The position numbers were made by a program, and so were the translations under genes. A stretch of 64,000 bases of DNA from Clostridia bacterium (GTDB lineage Bacteria; Bacillota; Clostridia; TANB77; CAG-465): contig JAZRSA010000050.1 in the NCBI GenBank assembly GCA_045651205.1, forward strand, positions 29,723 through 93,722, in the 5' to 3' direction. The notes below the pieces were generated by a model. That model saw only the letters and a program-made list of their open reading frames with translations. It ran no database searches and was not told the origin of the DNA. Shown here in pieces: positions 8,801 through 18,082 of this stretch (the first letter of the stretch is position 1; each line of letters opens with the position of its first letter).

Positions 8801-9565
8801 ATGTTACAAAAAATAATAGGAAAAACAAAAAGAGCAATAGAAGACTTTAATATGATAGATGAAGGCGACAAAATAGCTGTAGGATTATCTGGTGGAAAAG
8901 ATAGTATCACTCTACTTTATGCTTTATATTATCTACAAAAATTTTATAAAAAACATTTCACAATAATGGCAATAACTATACATACTGGAAGTAATAATTT
9001 TGATACAACCGAACTTCAAAGAATATGCGATGAATTAGGAATTGAATACCTAGTATTTAATTCTAATATAGCTGATGTTGTATTTAACATTCGTAAAGAA
9101 GAAAATCCTTGTTCTTTATGTGCTAATATGCGTAGAGGGATGCTTAATAGTTTAGCCGTTGAGCATGGCTGTACTAAGGTAGCTTTAGGCCACCATATGG
9201 ATGATGTAATGGAAACATTTATGATGTCTCTTCTTTTAAACGGAAGAATACACACTTTCGCTCCTGTTACATATCTTAGCAGAAGTAATGTTAAAACAAT
9301 ACGTCCAATGATATATGTTGAAGAAAAACTAATACGTGCAGTAGCAAGAGAAAAGAACTTCCCTGTTCATCCGAAAACTTGTCCTGCAGATGGATTTACA
9401 AAAAGAGATTATATGTCTGATTTAATACATAATCTCCAAAAAGATATACCTAGAATAAAAGAGCATATTTTTGGAGCTATTAAACGTTCTAAAATAGAAG
9501 GTTGGGTTAAAGAACCTTTAGAAGAAAATTTAGATACTATAGATTCTGAAAACGATGAAAACTAA
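8801..9565 (+). CDS. ttcA: tRNA 2-thiocytidine biosynthesis TtcA-family protein
   Basis: SGGKDS PP-loop, CSLC, GHHMDD, IRPM, CPAD. Confidence 0.88.
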   Translation: MLQKIIGKTKRAIEDFNMIDEGDKIAVGLSGGKDSITLLYALYYLQKFYKKHFTIMAITIHTGSNNFDTTELQRICDELGIEYLVFNSNIADVVFNIRKEENPCSLCANMRRGMLNSLAVEHGCTKVALGHHMDDVMETFMMSLLLNGRIHTFAPVTYLSRSNVKTIRPMIYVEEKLIRAVAREKNFPVHPKTCPADGFTKRDYMSDLIHNLQKDIPRIKEHIFGAIKRSKIEGWVKEPLEENLDTIDSENDEN

Positions 9566-9578
9566 AAAGGAAACAAGC

Positions 9579-10031
9579 TTATGCTTGTTTCCTTTTTTCT
9601 TCCCTATACTCTTTTGCACTTATGAGTTCACTTGTATTCATATAGTAATCATGATTTGCTATAACATCTTCTATTCTACTTCTAATATCTACAATATCAT
9701 AACAATTAATTATATATCCATTAAAGTTATTTACCGCTAAGAATTTATTGACATTCGAAACAAATTTTTCATTCCCATGTACTACAAATACAAACTCCTC
9801 TTCTTCATAATTATTTAATATATTCTCATTAAGCCACTCACTATAATACATTCTTTCTTCTATCCTTTTATAGAATTTAGATATTATACTTTTTACTTTT
9901 TTAGTTTCATTCTTTTCATTAATATATATAATCTTTACATTATCCAAATTATTAGATATATAATTATTTGCAATTATACACGCATGTGTTGTATTTACTG
10001 TAAAACAACATAATTTCTTTTTCATTTGCAT
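9579..10031 (-). CDS. Hypothetical protein
   Basis: 150-aa ORF with GAGG RBS; no recognisable motif. Confidence 0.7.
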   Translation of the reverse strand: MQMKKKLCCFTVNTTHACIIANNYISNNLDNVKIIYINEKNETKKVKSIISKFYKRIEERMYYSEWLNENILNNYEEEEFVFVVHGNEKFVSNVNKFLAVNNFNGYIINCYDIVDIRSRIEDVIANHDYYMNTSELISAKEYREEKRKQA

Positions 10032-10100
10032 CTACCTCTCTTATATAACTATATTACCATTTATTACCATTTAAATCAACGAAATATTTTATACACTTTT

Positions 10101-10129
10101 GTATAATTTTGGTAATTTAACTCATAATA
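10101..10129 (+). promoter_or_regulatory. Sporulation sigma factor-type promoter of spoIIR
   Basis: GTATA-17-CATAATA immediately upstream of the RBS. Confidence 0.5.
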
Positions 10130-10145
10130 TTTTTAGGTGAAACTT

Positions 10146-10697
10146 ATGAAAAAATTCAAATGTACATTATATATATTTATATTCCTTTTTACATTACTTA
10201 ATTTAAATCTAATACACGCTATAACTGATGCAAAAAACAATTTAGCCAATTATTTTAGATTACATGTTGTAGCTAATAGCGACAATATTAATGATCAAAT
10301 GATAAAATTAAAAGTAGCTAACGAAATTAATAAATACATATCTGTTATTACAAAAAATATTACCAACAAAACTGATTGTATAAAAACAATAGAAAACCAT
10401 ATTCCAAACATCCTAAACATATCTAAAAACGTTCTTAAGAAAAACAATTCTTCTACTCAAGTAGTCGCATATATTGGAAATATTAAATATGATGAAAAAG
10501 AATTTAATAAAGAAACTATGGCTGCTGGTACATATACATCTTTAAAGATTAGTATTGGTGAGGCTAAAGGAACTAATTGGTGGTCATTAATATCTCCTAC
10601 TATTTCTGATACTACAAATGTAAATGATATATTAGAACCTGGCGAAATAAAAATAAAATCTAAAATATTAGAATGGATAGAAGTATTATTTAAATAA
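10146..10697 (+). CDS. spoIIR: Stage II sporulation protein R
   Basis: Signal peptide, FRLHVVANSD..DQ.IKL.V, AGTY.SL.I.IGEAKG.NWW. Confidence 0.92.
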   Translation: MKKFKCTLYIFIFLFTLLNLNLIHAITDAKNNLANYFRLHVVANSDNINDQMIKLKVANEINKYISVITKNITNKTDCIKTIENHIPNILNISKNVLKKNNSSTQVVAYIGNIKYDEKEFNKETMAAGTYTSLKISIGEAKGTNWWSLISPTISDTTNVNDILEPGEIKIKSKILEWIEVLFK

Positions 10698-10701
10698 AGA
10701 A

Positions 10702-10733
10702 AAAGAGCTGTACATATATTTGTACAACTCTTT
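10702..10733. terminator. Bidirectional intrinsic terminator
   Basis: AAAGAGCTGTACA...TGTACAACTCTTT (one mismatch) between convergent genes. Confidence 0.75.
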
Positions 10734-10743
10734 ATATTTATGC

Positions 10744-13350
10744 TTATACGCTATATAGCATTTCTCTTAATACTCCATAATACATTAAACTTTGTGTTGT
10801 TCCTTCACCACCGTTTTCTGGTGTTGTCGGAGTTTCTGGTGTTGTTGGTGTTTCTGGCGTAGTTGGAGTTTCCGGTGTTGTTCCTGGATTCTCTGGTGTT
10901 ACTGGATTGTTTGGAACCACAACATCTTCTGGAATTTCCGGTTCTTCAACTACTGGAGCACTTGTATGTAACTCACAAGTTTTTGTTGGTGCTATATATT
11001 TCTTATCGCTTGTCTTTGTATTTGGTTTTTCTCTAGTTATTGTAGAGATTTCTACTAATTCTTCATATAAATGGCAGAATTCTGTAGGCAATAGTTTAGA
11101 TGTATTACATACTTTTACTAAACTATGAACTGTACATTCTGCAGTTGGCACTGTGCCTGATGCAAACACTTCAGATTTTACTACATTTCTTTGATCCGCT
11201 TTACAAGCATCTGTAGCAACTAAACCAGATAATGTACATACAGTTGCTTTCACTATTCCTTTAGGTTTAGTAAACGAAGCTGCTTTAAGATTTTTATGAA
11301 TTGTTTTCATAACGTTTGTCCAAACAACTGTTGCTGTATATGGATAAGTTCCTAATGTTTTTCTAGAACCTATTGTTTTTGGATTATCGTAACCATTCCA
11401 TACAACTGCTGTATAGTATGGTGTATATCCTGCAAACCATTGGTCTTTATCATCATTTGTGTTACCAGTTTTAGCTGCTATTTGTATCTTTGTAGAGAAT
11501 TTAGCAGATGTACCTGTACCACTTGAAACAACGCTTCTTAAACAATCTGTTAGCATATATGCAGTTGTTTCGCTCATTACTTTAGTAAATTTAACTTCAT
11601 TAGTTAATATTTCTTTACCATCATGATCTAAAACTTTTGTATATAATTTAGGTTCTGTATAAACACCACCATTTGCCATAGTAGCATATGCTGCTGCCAT
11701 ATCTATAACTTTAACGTTAGCTGAACCTAATGCTAAAGATAAATTCTTATTTGCCTTTTCTGTTAATGTTGTTATTCCCATGCTTTGAGCAAATCTTAAA
11801 GCATAACCTAAATCTATAGATTTTAGTGTCTTAACTGCTGGTATATTCATTGATTGATTTATTGCTTCTCTTACAGAAACATAACCATAATAATATCCAT
11901 ACCAGTTAGTTGGTTTATATCCACCAAAGTTTACTGGAACGTCATCTATACCCATACCTGGATAAGATACTCCTAGTTCAAAAGCTGGTCCATACGCTGC
12001 TATTGGTTTAAATGTTGAACCTGGTTGCAATTTAGATTCTGTTGCTCTATTATAGTCTAATCCTGTTTTTTCTCCAACACCACCAAGCATACCTACAACG
12101 TTACCTGTTTTGTTATCTAGAACAATCATAGCACATTGCATCATACCTTTTTTCTTGTCATTGTAGAAATATTTTTCATTTTTAGCTTGTTTATCTATAG
12201 ATGCTTGTACTGTTGGATCTATTGTTGCATAAATAGTATATCCATTTGAGGCAACCATATCTCTAGCCGCTTGATATGTAATATTCATTGCTTCAGCTAG
12301 ATCTTCAGCAACGGCTTTCCATACAGCGTCTCTTGCATAAGATTGAACTGCTGATGTTGAAGCTATTTCACCTTTTTTAAATACTAATTCATATTCTAAA
12401 GCTTCGTCATATTGTTCCTTAGTTATTTTACTAATAGATAGCATTTTGTTTAATACTACTTTTTGTCTCTCGATTAATTTTTCCTTATTCTTTTCTCCAT
12501 TATATGGATTTGTTACTTCAGGTAATTGTATAGATGCTGCAAGACATGCAGACTCTGCTAGGTTAAGGTCAGCTACTGTTTTCGCGAAGAAAGTTTGTGC
12601 TGCCATTTCTATACCGTTAGCACCTTCACCAAAGTATATCTTATTTAAATATGCTTCTATAATATCTTCTTTTTCAAGGTTTTGTTCAAGCATTATTGAA
12701 CGATACCATTCTCTTATTTTTCTCTTCCAACTACCTTCATTATCTTCAGTTATGTTTTTAACTAACTGTTGAGTAATTGTACTTCCACCAAATGATGATG
12801 AACCACCATTTGTTACGAATGTAAGTACAGCAGCTGCTGTTCTTTTAATATCTACACCAAAGTGTGTCCAGAATCTTTCATCTTCAATTGCTACTACAGC
12901 ATCTACTAAATGTTTAGGTAATTCTTCATAATCTGCCATAAGTCTATTTTCACCTGAGTTTACAGTTCCTAGCTGATTACCTTTACTATCTAATATAGTA
13001 GTTGTAAGTTTAAGATTTTTAAGTTGAGAATAATCTACTGTTGATGTTTCGCTTATTATATCGTTTAAAACATATAATACTACTCCACAACCTATCACAA
13101 ACAATGCTAAGCCTATAAAGAATAGCACCTTAAAAATTTTCCAAAATAGCTTTTTCTTTTTCTTAGGTTTTTCACCATTTGTTTCTTTTTTATTCTTTTT
13201 ACCCTTATTTGCTTTCTTCTCTAATTTAGCTTTTTTCTTTTCTTCTTTTTCTTTTATTTTATCTTTATCTAATTTAACTCTTTTAAATTTTACTTTTCCA
13301 TTTTCGGGTCTAATTAGATTGTCCATTTCTTTATCTGACAACATTATCAC
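10744..13350 (-). CDS. Class A penicillin-binding protein (PBP1A family) with C-terminal Cys domain and Pro/Thr/Glu tail
   Basis: EDERF, GGSTITQQLVKN, RKIRE (transglycosylase); STFK, SMN, KTG (transpeptidase). Confidence 0.95.
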   Translation of the reverse strand: MIMLSDKEMDNLIRPENGKVKFKRVKLDKDKIKEKEEKKKAKLEKKANKGKKNKKETNGEKPKKKKKLFWKIFKVLFFIGLALFVIGCGVVLYVLNDIISETSTVDYSQLKNLKLTTTILDSKGNQLGTVNSGENRLMADYEELPKHLVDAVVAIEDERFWTHFGVDIKRTAAAVLTFVTNGGSSSFGGSTITQQLVKNITEDNEGSWKRKIREWYRSIMLEQNLEKEDIIEAYLNKIYFGEGANGIEMAAQTFFAKTVADLNLAESACLAASIQLPEVTNPYNGEKNKEKLIERQKVVLNKMLSISKITKEQYDEALEYELVFKKGEIASTSAVQSYARDAVWKAVAEDLAEAMNITYQAARDMVASNGYTIYATIDPTVQASIDKQAKNEKYFYNDKKKGMMQCAMIVLDNKTGNVVGMLGGVGEKTGLDYNRATESKLQPGSTFKPIAAYGPAFELGVSYPGMGIDDVPVNFGGYKPTNWYGYYYGYVSVREAINQSMNIPAVKTLKSIDLGYALRFAQSMGITTLTEKANKNLSLALGSANVKVIDMAAAYATMANGGVYTEPKLYTKVLDHDGKEILTNEVKFTKVMSETTAYMLTDCLRSVVSSGTGTSAKFSTKIQIAAKTGNTNDDKDQWFAGYTPYYTAVVWNGYDNPKTIGSRKTLGTYPYTATVVWTNVMKTIHKNLKAASFTKPKGIVKATVCTLSGLVATDACKADQRNVVKSEVFASGTVPTAECTVHSLVKVCNTSKLLPTEFCHLYEELVEISTITREKPNTKTSDKKYIAPTKTCELHTSAPVVEEPEIPEDVVVPNNPVTPENPGTTPETPTTPETPTTPETPTTPENGGEGTTQSLMYYGVLREMLYSV
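10812..10900 (-). repeat. Coding tandem repeat (TTPETP)n in the PBP1A tail
   Basis: 18-bp degenerate units encoding [25 protein letters not shown]. Confidence 0.8.
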
Positions 13351-13400
13351 CTCGATATATATTTTACTACAAATGCATACAATTTACAAGCAAAATACAC

Positions 13401-13434
13401 AAAAAGGATACCACTAATAAGTGGTATCCTTTTT
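13401..13434 (-). terminator. Intrinsic terminator
   Basis: AAAAAGGATACCAC-taataa-GTGGTATCCTTTTT. Confidence 0.85.
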
Positions 13435-13672
13435 AGCCCCAAATATGATTCCTATAAGCTCGTCTGATATATGACTTAGACAACTTCATCTCATCGACGT
13501 AAATCATCTCTTCACAATGTTTGCAACGCGTGTAGAAAGCGATCCGGCCTTTATATCCTGTCGGCATAGTTCCTAAACCGTCACACTCTTCTTCATACGA
13601 AGCTCCGCATGAACAGGAAACAGCTACAGTTTCCTTTTTGGGTTCTTTCTTTTTTCTATTCCAAAATGCCAT
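13433..13672 (-). CDS. Small Cys-rich (CxC...CxxC) putative Zn-binding protein, paralog 1
   Basis: AAGGAGG RBS, own TTGAAA-17-TATAAT promoter and terminator; CSCG..Y...FYTRCKHC...KLS...YRNHIW. Confidence 0.8.
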   Translation of the reverse strand: MAFWNRKKKEPKKETVAVSCSCGASYEEECDGLGTMPTGYKGRIAFYTRCKHCEEMIYVDEMKLSKSYIRRAYRNHIWG

Positions 13673-13760
13673 AGTTTTTACCTCCTTAATTAATTTGGCA
13701 CTATTTACTATCTTGCTACATTATATAACAAAAAGTCCTATTTTTCAACAAATTAAGTAT

Positions 13761-13791
13761 AAAAAAAGACCGCTTATTAGCGGTTCTCTTT
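13761..13791 (-). terminator. Intrinsic terminator
   Basis: Minus strand AACCGCT-aata-AGCGGTC followed by a T-run. Confidence 0.7.
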
Positions 13792-14026
13792 ATGTGGTCC
13801 ATTTGTGATTTTTGTATACATCTTTTACAAAACATCTCGAAAGTTTCGATTGTTCGATAAAATTAACTCTTCCACAATTTTTACAGTAAGTATAAAAGCA
13901 CAATTCTCTTTTCTCACAGGTTTCGCTGTTAAAAATGCTTGAATAGCCTACATTATACTTTTCTCCACATTTGCAAATTACTTTTGCGGTCCTTTCCTTT
14001 CTAAAAATTTTACTAAAAAAAGTCAT
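13790..14026 (-). CDS. Small Cys-rich (CxC...CxxC) putative Zn-binding protein, paralog 2
   Basis: GGAGG RBS before ATG 14026, own TTGAAA-17-TATAAT promoter; CKCG..Y...FYTYCKNC...KLS...YKNHKW. Confidence 0.8.
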   Translation of the reverse strand: MTFFSKIFRKERTAKVICKCGEKYNVGYSSIFNSETCEKRELCFYTYCKNCGRVNFIEQSKLSRCFVKDVYKNHKWTT

Positions 14027-14103
14027 GATTACCTCCATAGTTATATTGGTATATTTTTTATTTCTTCTACCATTATACTATAAATCACGACTTTTTTCAA
14101 ATA

Positions 14104-16407
14104 TTACATAATGTTGTATCTTATACTATATTTATTTCTTATATTTTCCGGATACTTTCTCTTGTTTCTAACTATTTCAGTTATACAATCTGTATTATCT
14201 GTAACTATGTTATATTTCTTATTATATGTGTCTTCTATATAGTATTTCCCTTGTTTACATACAGCTTTACATTCATTTTTTTCTTCTGCATTTGATACGA
14301 AACTTGCCAACATACAATATCTAGTTGTCATAGCCGTAGCAAGTCCTTCTACAAGTTCTATATTTTTAACTTTAGCTATTTTATCTATATCTGTCTCTTC
14401 TGTTTCAAATATAGGAGTAACAGTATCTAACATTTCAAAATGTTCAGCTGAAAAACTATTAAATACATTTAATGTGTATTCTCCTATAAGTTCTATTCCA
14501 TATTTTTCTTTAAGCTCAATTCCTAACAGTAAATATCCAACATTTCCAATAACTAATCCTGCTATTCCCTCTTTAACAAGTCTCTCTATATTATCTCTAA
14601 TATACTTATCTAAATTCTTAAGTACAACATTTGGTATATTCATATATACTTTTGTCTTACCTATATATTTTAATATATCTTTTTCATATTCCTTAAAAGC
14701 TCTTGCTGGAACATATAACTTATCTAAATTTGTTTCGTATCTTTCTTTACAAAGGGCAATATAATCTTCTTCTGGATTATATCTATACATAAATATTCCT
14801 GTTGTTTTAGAAGAATTCTTTTTATTAGATGTTATTTGTAAATCTTTTTCTTTAACAGTTACTTCTTCTCTTTTAACAAGTCTAGCAGCTTCTATTTTTT
14901 CTACTAAAGCTCTTCTTAATTCGTTTAATTTAGAAACTGGCACAAACAATCCTTCATCCAGTTCTGTATTAATATTTATAAATATTGTTGCAGTATCTTC
15001 AGTTTTAGCAAAAGTTTCGTTAAGTTTTTCCACTGTAACACCAACGCTTTTACTTGTTTCCGGAATGTATTCTAACTCTACAGATATATCTTTATCTAAA
15101 GATTTTGCAGAAATATTTTTATCCTTTTTAATAGTTACAATTATACTTTCTTCTACCCTTTTTTGCTTTTCCTTCTTATCTAAATATTCTCTAGATTCTT
15201 TATTTAATTTATCCGACGATGTCTTGTATACAGTATCTTTGGCTTCTACTTTGCCTTTAACATCTCCAAGATAAACTATACTTCCTTTTTCTATGTTTGT
15301 ATTTAGTATGTTTCCCTTTTCGTCTTTAATACAAGTAACTACAAAAGATACCGGACCTTCAGAAGTTACTATTTCTACACCATCATGAAGATCTATATTT
15401 TCTTCTAATTTAAGTTTAATAAACCTATCTTTTTTAGCTAACACTTGTCCTAAATATATCCCTGTATTTTTAGGAGTAGTATCTGAAATACTTCTTTTAT
15501 ATCTTACTCCATTTAGATAACCATCACATCTACCACTACGATTAAATAACTGAAGTAATTCTTTTTCTGTATCATTTTCTATAACATAATTACTATCTAC
15601 AGCTTTTCTATATCTACTTACAACACCAGCCGTATATTCTACTGTTCTATTTCTTCCTTCTATTTTGAAAGATTTTACTCCCGCATTTTTAAGTGCTTCC
15701 AGTGTATCTAAACCATATATATCTTTCTTGCTTAGAATATATCTATCTTTTACTATTGCTTCTTTTTTAGATTCATTATATAACGAATATTTCATTCTAC
15801 AAGGTTGCGCGCAGCTTCCTCTATTAGCACTTCTTTCGCCTATTAATGAGCTTGCCATACATTGTCCAGATACAGAAACACATAGCGCGCCATGCACAAA
15901 TATTTCTACTTCCATAGATATATTTTTAGTTATATATTCTATTTCTTCTACACTTAATTCTCTACCCAACACGACTCTAGAAAAACCTAAAGATTCAATA
16001 TATTTCGCTTGTTCTAAATTTAATACACTCATTTGCGTACTAGCGTGAAGAGCTAAATCTGGCATTATTTTATGTATTAATGTAGCAATCCCGATATCTT
16101 GCACTATTACTGCATCAAGTCCTTCTTTATACAACGCGCAAACAATTTCTAAAGCTTCCTTAATTTCACTATCTAAAAGCAACGTGTTAAGTGTTAAATA
16201 CACCTTTACATCTCTTTTATGTGCATAATCTATAGCTGCTATATATTCTTCAATTGTTAAATTATTTGCCATAGTACGTGCATTAAATTTATTCACACCC
16301 ATATATACGGCATGAGCTCCAGCGTTAACCGCAGCTACGAACGCCTCGTAGCTACCTGCTGGAGCTAATATTTCTACTTCATTTTCCATATTATTTTTCA
16401 TACCCAT
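14104..16407 (-). CDS. U32 peptidase-family protein, long form (RlhA-like RNA hydroxylase candidate)
   Basis: EILAPAGS, HASTQ, HGALCVSVSGQC, NRGSCAQPCR, KIEGR. Confidence 0.9.
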   Translation of the reverse strand: MGMKNNMENEVEILAPAGSYEAFVAAVNAGAHAVYMGVNKFNARTMANNLTIEEYIAAIDYAHKRDVKVYLTLNTLLLDSEIKEALEIVCALYKEGLDAVIVQDIGIATLIHKIMPDLALHASTQMSVLNLEQAKYIESLGFSRVVLGRELSVEEIEYITKNISMEVEIFVHGALCVSVSGQCMASSLIGERSANRGSCAQPCRMKYSLYNESKKEAIVKDRYILSKKDIYGLDTLEALKNAGVKSFKIEGRNRTVEYTAGVVSRYRKAVDSNYVIENDTEKELLQLFNRSGRCDGYLNGVRYKRSISDTTPKNTGIYLGQVLAKKDRFIKLKLEENIDLHDGVEIVTSEGPVSFVVTCIKDEKGNILNTNIEKGSIVYLGDVKGKVEAKDTVYKTSSDKLNKESREYLDKKEKQKRVEESIIVTIKKDKNISAKSLDKDISVELEYIPETSKSVGVTVEKLNETFAKTEDTATIFININTELDEGLFVPVSKLNELRRALVEKIEAARLVKREEVTVKEKDLQITSNKKNSSKTTGIFMYRYNPEEDYIALCKERYETNLDKLYVPARAFKEYEKDILKYIGKTKVYMNIPNVVLKNLDKYIRDNIERLVKEGIAGLVIGNVGYLLLGIELKEKYGIELIGEYTLNVFNSFSAEHFEMLDTVTPIFETEETDIDKIAKVKNIELVEGLATAMTTRYCMLASFVSNAEEKNECKAVCKQGKYYIEDTYNKKYNIVTDNTDCITEIVRNKRKYPENIRNKYSIRYNIM

Positions 16408-16413
16408 TCCCCT

Positions 16414-16692
16414 TTATTTACTCTTTATTTCTTTGTTTAATAAATAAAGTGTTTTATTGTTCAATTCATCTGTTACTATTTTATAGCATATTCCTTCTTC
16501 GTATATTTTCTTTCCTGTTTCTGTTGTCTCAATTCTTGAATTAGTAAACACTGTAGGTTTAGAATTTGTAAACATCATATAATCCGTTACAAAAAGGCAT
16601 CCCCATAAAAGTACAATTACTACCAACGTTACTAGTATTGTTGTAACCAATGTTTTTATTTTTTCTTTTCTCTCAAATTGATTTAATAACAT
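16414..16692 (-). CDS. Small membrane-anchored hypothetical protein
   Basis: One TM helix; tightly packed between trmB and the U32 gene. Confidence 0.7.
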   Translation of the reverse strand: MLLNQFERKEKIKTLVTTILVTLVVIVLLWGCLFVTDYMMFTNSKPTVFTNSRIETTETGKKIYEEGICYKIVTDELNNKTLYLLNKEIKSK

Positions 16693-16705
16693 ACCTTCTC
16701 CTATA

Positions 16706-17359
16706 CTAATTAAATTTAGCTATTAATTTATATATTGGTCCGTTTACCATAAATTTAGCTTCATACTCTGTCATTATATTTGGTTCTTCATTATCTAATT
16801 TACCACTATCTATATCCGCATGTAGGTTTAGTGTTAGATACTCAAAAAACATTCCGTATTTATTCATATTCTTTAACGAATACTCAAACAAACTTCTATT
16901 ATCTGTCTTAAACTCTATGACTGATCCTTCTTTTAATATATCCTTATATACATCTAAGAAAACATCAGATGTAAGTCTTCTTTTTTCATGTTTTTTCTTA
17001 GGCCACGGATCACTAAAGTTAAGATATATTTTATCTACTTCATGTTCTCCAAATAATTCTTTTAATTCTAATGCATTAAAATCTAAGACCTTAAGATTAT
17101 CTAACTTCTTTCCAATTTCTTCTTCATATCTTGCAATCTTTTTAGTTGCTAAAGATACAACTCCTTTATTTAATTCTATTCCTATATATAGATTTTCCGG
17201 ATGGCGATTAGCACATTCTGCTATGAATGCGCCTTTACCAATACCTATTTCTAAACATATATTTTCATATTTAGTTTTATCTAAAGATTTAATATCTTTT
17301 AAATACTTATCTGACGATGCTAATATTTCATCGCAGTTTTTTACATTTCTTTGTCTCAT
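16706..17359 (-). CDS. trmB: tRNA (guanine-N7)-methyltransferase
   Basis: LEIGIGKG, NFSDPWPKKKHEKRRLT, FKTDN, TEYE; start at MRQRN after AGGAG. Confidence 0.96.
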   Translation of the reverse strand: MRQRNVKNCDEILASSDKYLKDIKSLDKTKYENICLEIGIGKGAFIAECANRHPENLYIGIELNKGVVSLATKKIARYEEEIGKKLDNLKVLDFNALELKELFGEHEVDKIYLNFSDPWPKKKHEKRRLTSDVFLDVYKDILKEGSVIEFKTDNRSLFEYSLKNMNKYGMFFEYLTLNLHADIDSGKLDNEEPNIMTEYEAKFMVNGPIYKLIAKFN

Positions 17360-17370
17360 ACTTACTCCTG

Positions 17371-18081
17371 TTATACAATTAATGTTTTTGCTAATGATGC
17401 TAACATTTGTAATACACAAATTATAGCTGTAATATTGATTATTTGAAATAAATCCAAGTTTACTCTCTTTTCTTCTAGAGCTTTGATTTTATCTTTTCTC
17501 TTTTTTTCTATTTCCTTCATTTTAACTTTTTTATTAGCCGCTTCATAAAATTTCATTTTTATATCCATTGAATTTTTACTCTTAACACTAGCTATTCTTT
17601 GTGAAATAGTTGCATTTCTACATATATGTATACCAAGCGCTGTTGCAGCTGCTATAAAAAGCATATTAAGAATATATGGTGTTATATAACCTAAAGTTCC
17701 TTTTAGTCTTCCTACTATAGATATATAGTTTGCAAAATATATACATTCCGCTGAAATAGAAGCTACTAAACCTATAACCGGTATATACATATATGGCACT
17801 ATACCAGCAAAAACAATTATTATTAACACTTTTGCTCGTTCAATCCATTCACCCCAAAATGTAACATTTGCTTTTTCTAATTTATACATTTCTGGAGAAT
17901 TAACAACACTCACAACAGAAAGTATTGTTATTGCTAATATTATTAGTGTTGCTTTTAAAATATTTTTCTTAATATATACACCAGTTTCTATTAAATAAGA
18001 TTTAACAGTCATTCCTGAAAATCTTTCTTTAATTAACTCCTTAAAACTTTTTTCGTCTTTTCGTTCTTTCTTTATTTTCAT
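17371..18081 (-). CDS. Multi-pass membrane protein, SpoIIM-like
   Basis: About 5 TM segments, GIVPYMYIP, C-terminal LASLAKTLI; family match is weak. Confidence 0.55.
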   Translation of the reverse strand: MKIKKERKDEKSFKELIKERFSGMTVKSYLIETGVYIKKNILKATLIILAITILSVVSVVNSPEMYKLEKANVTFWGEWIERAKVLIIIVFAGIVPYMYIPVIGLVASISAECIYFANYISIVGRLKGTLGYITPYILNMLFIAAATALGIHICRNATISQRIASVKSKNSMDIKMKFYEAANKKVKMKEIEKKRKDKIKALEEKRVNLDLFQIINITAIICVLQMLASLAKTLIV

Positions 18082-18082
18082 A

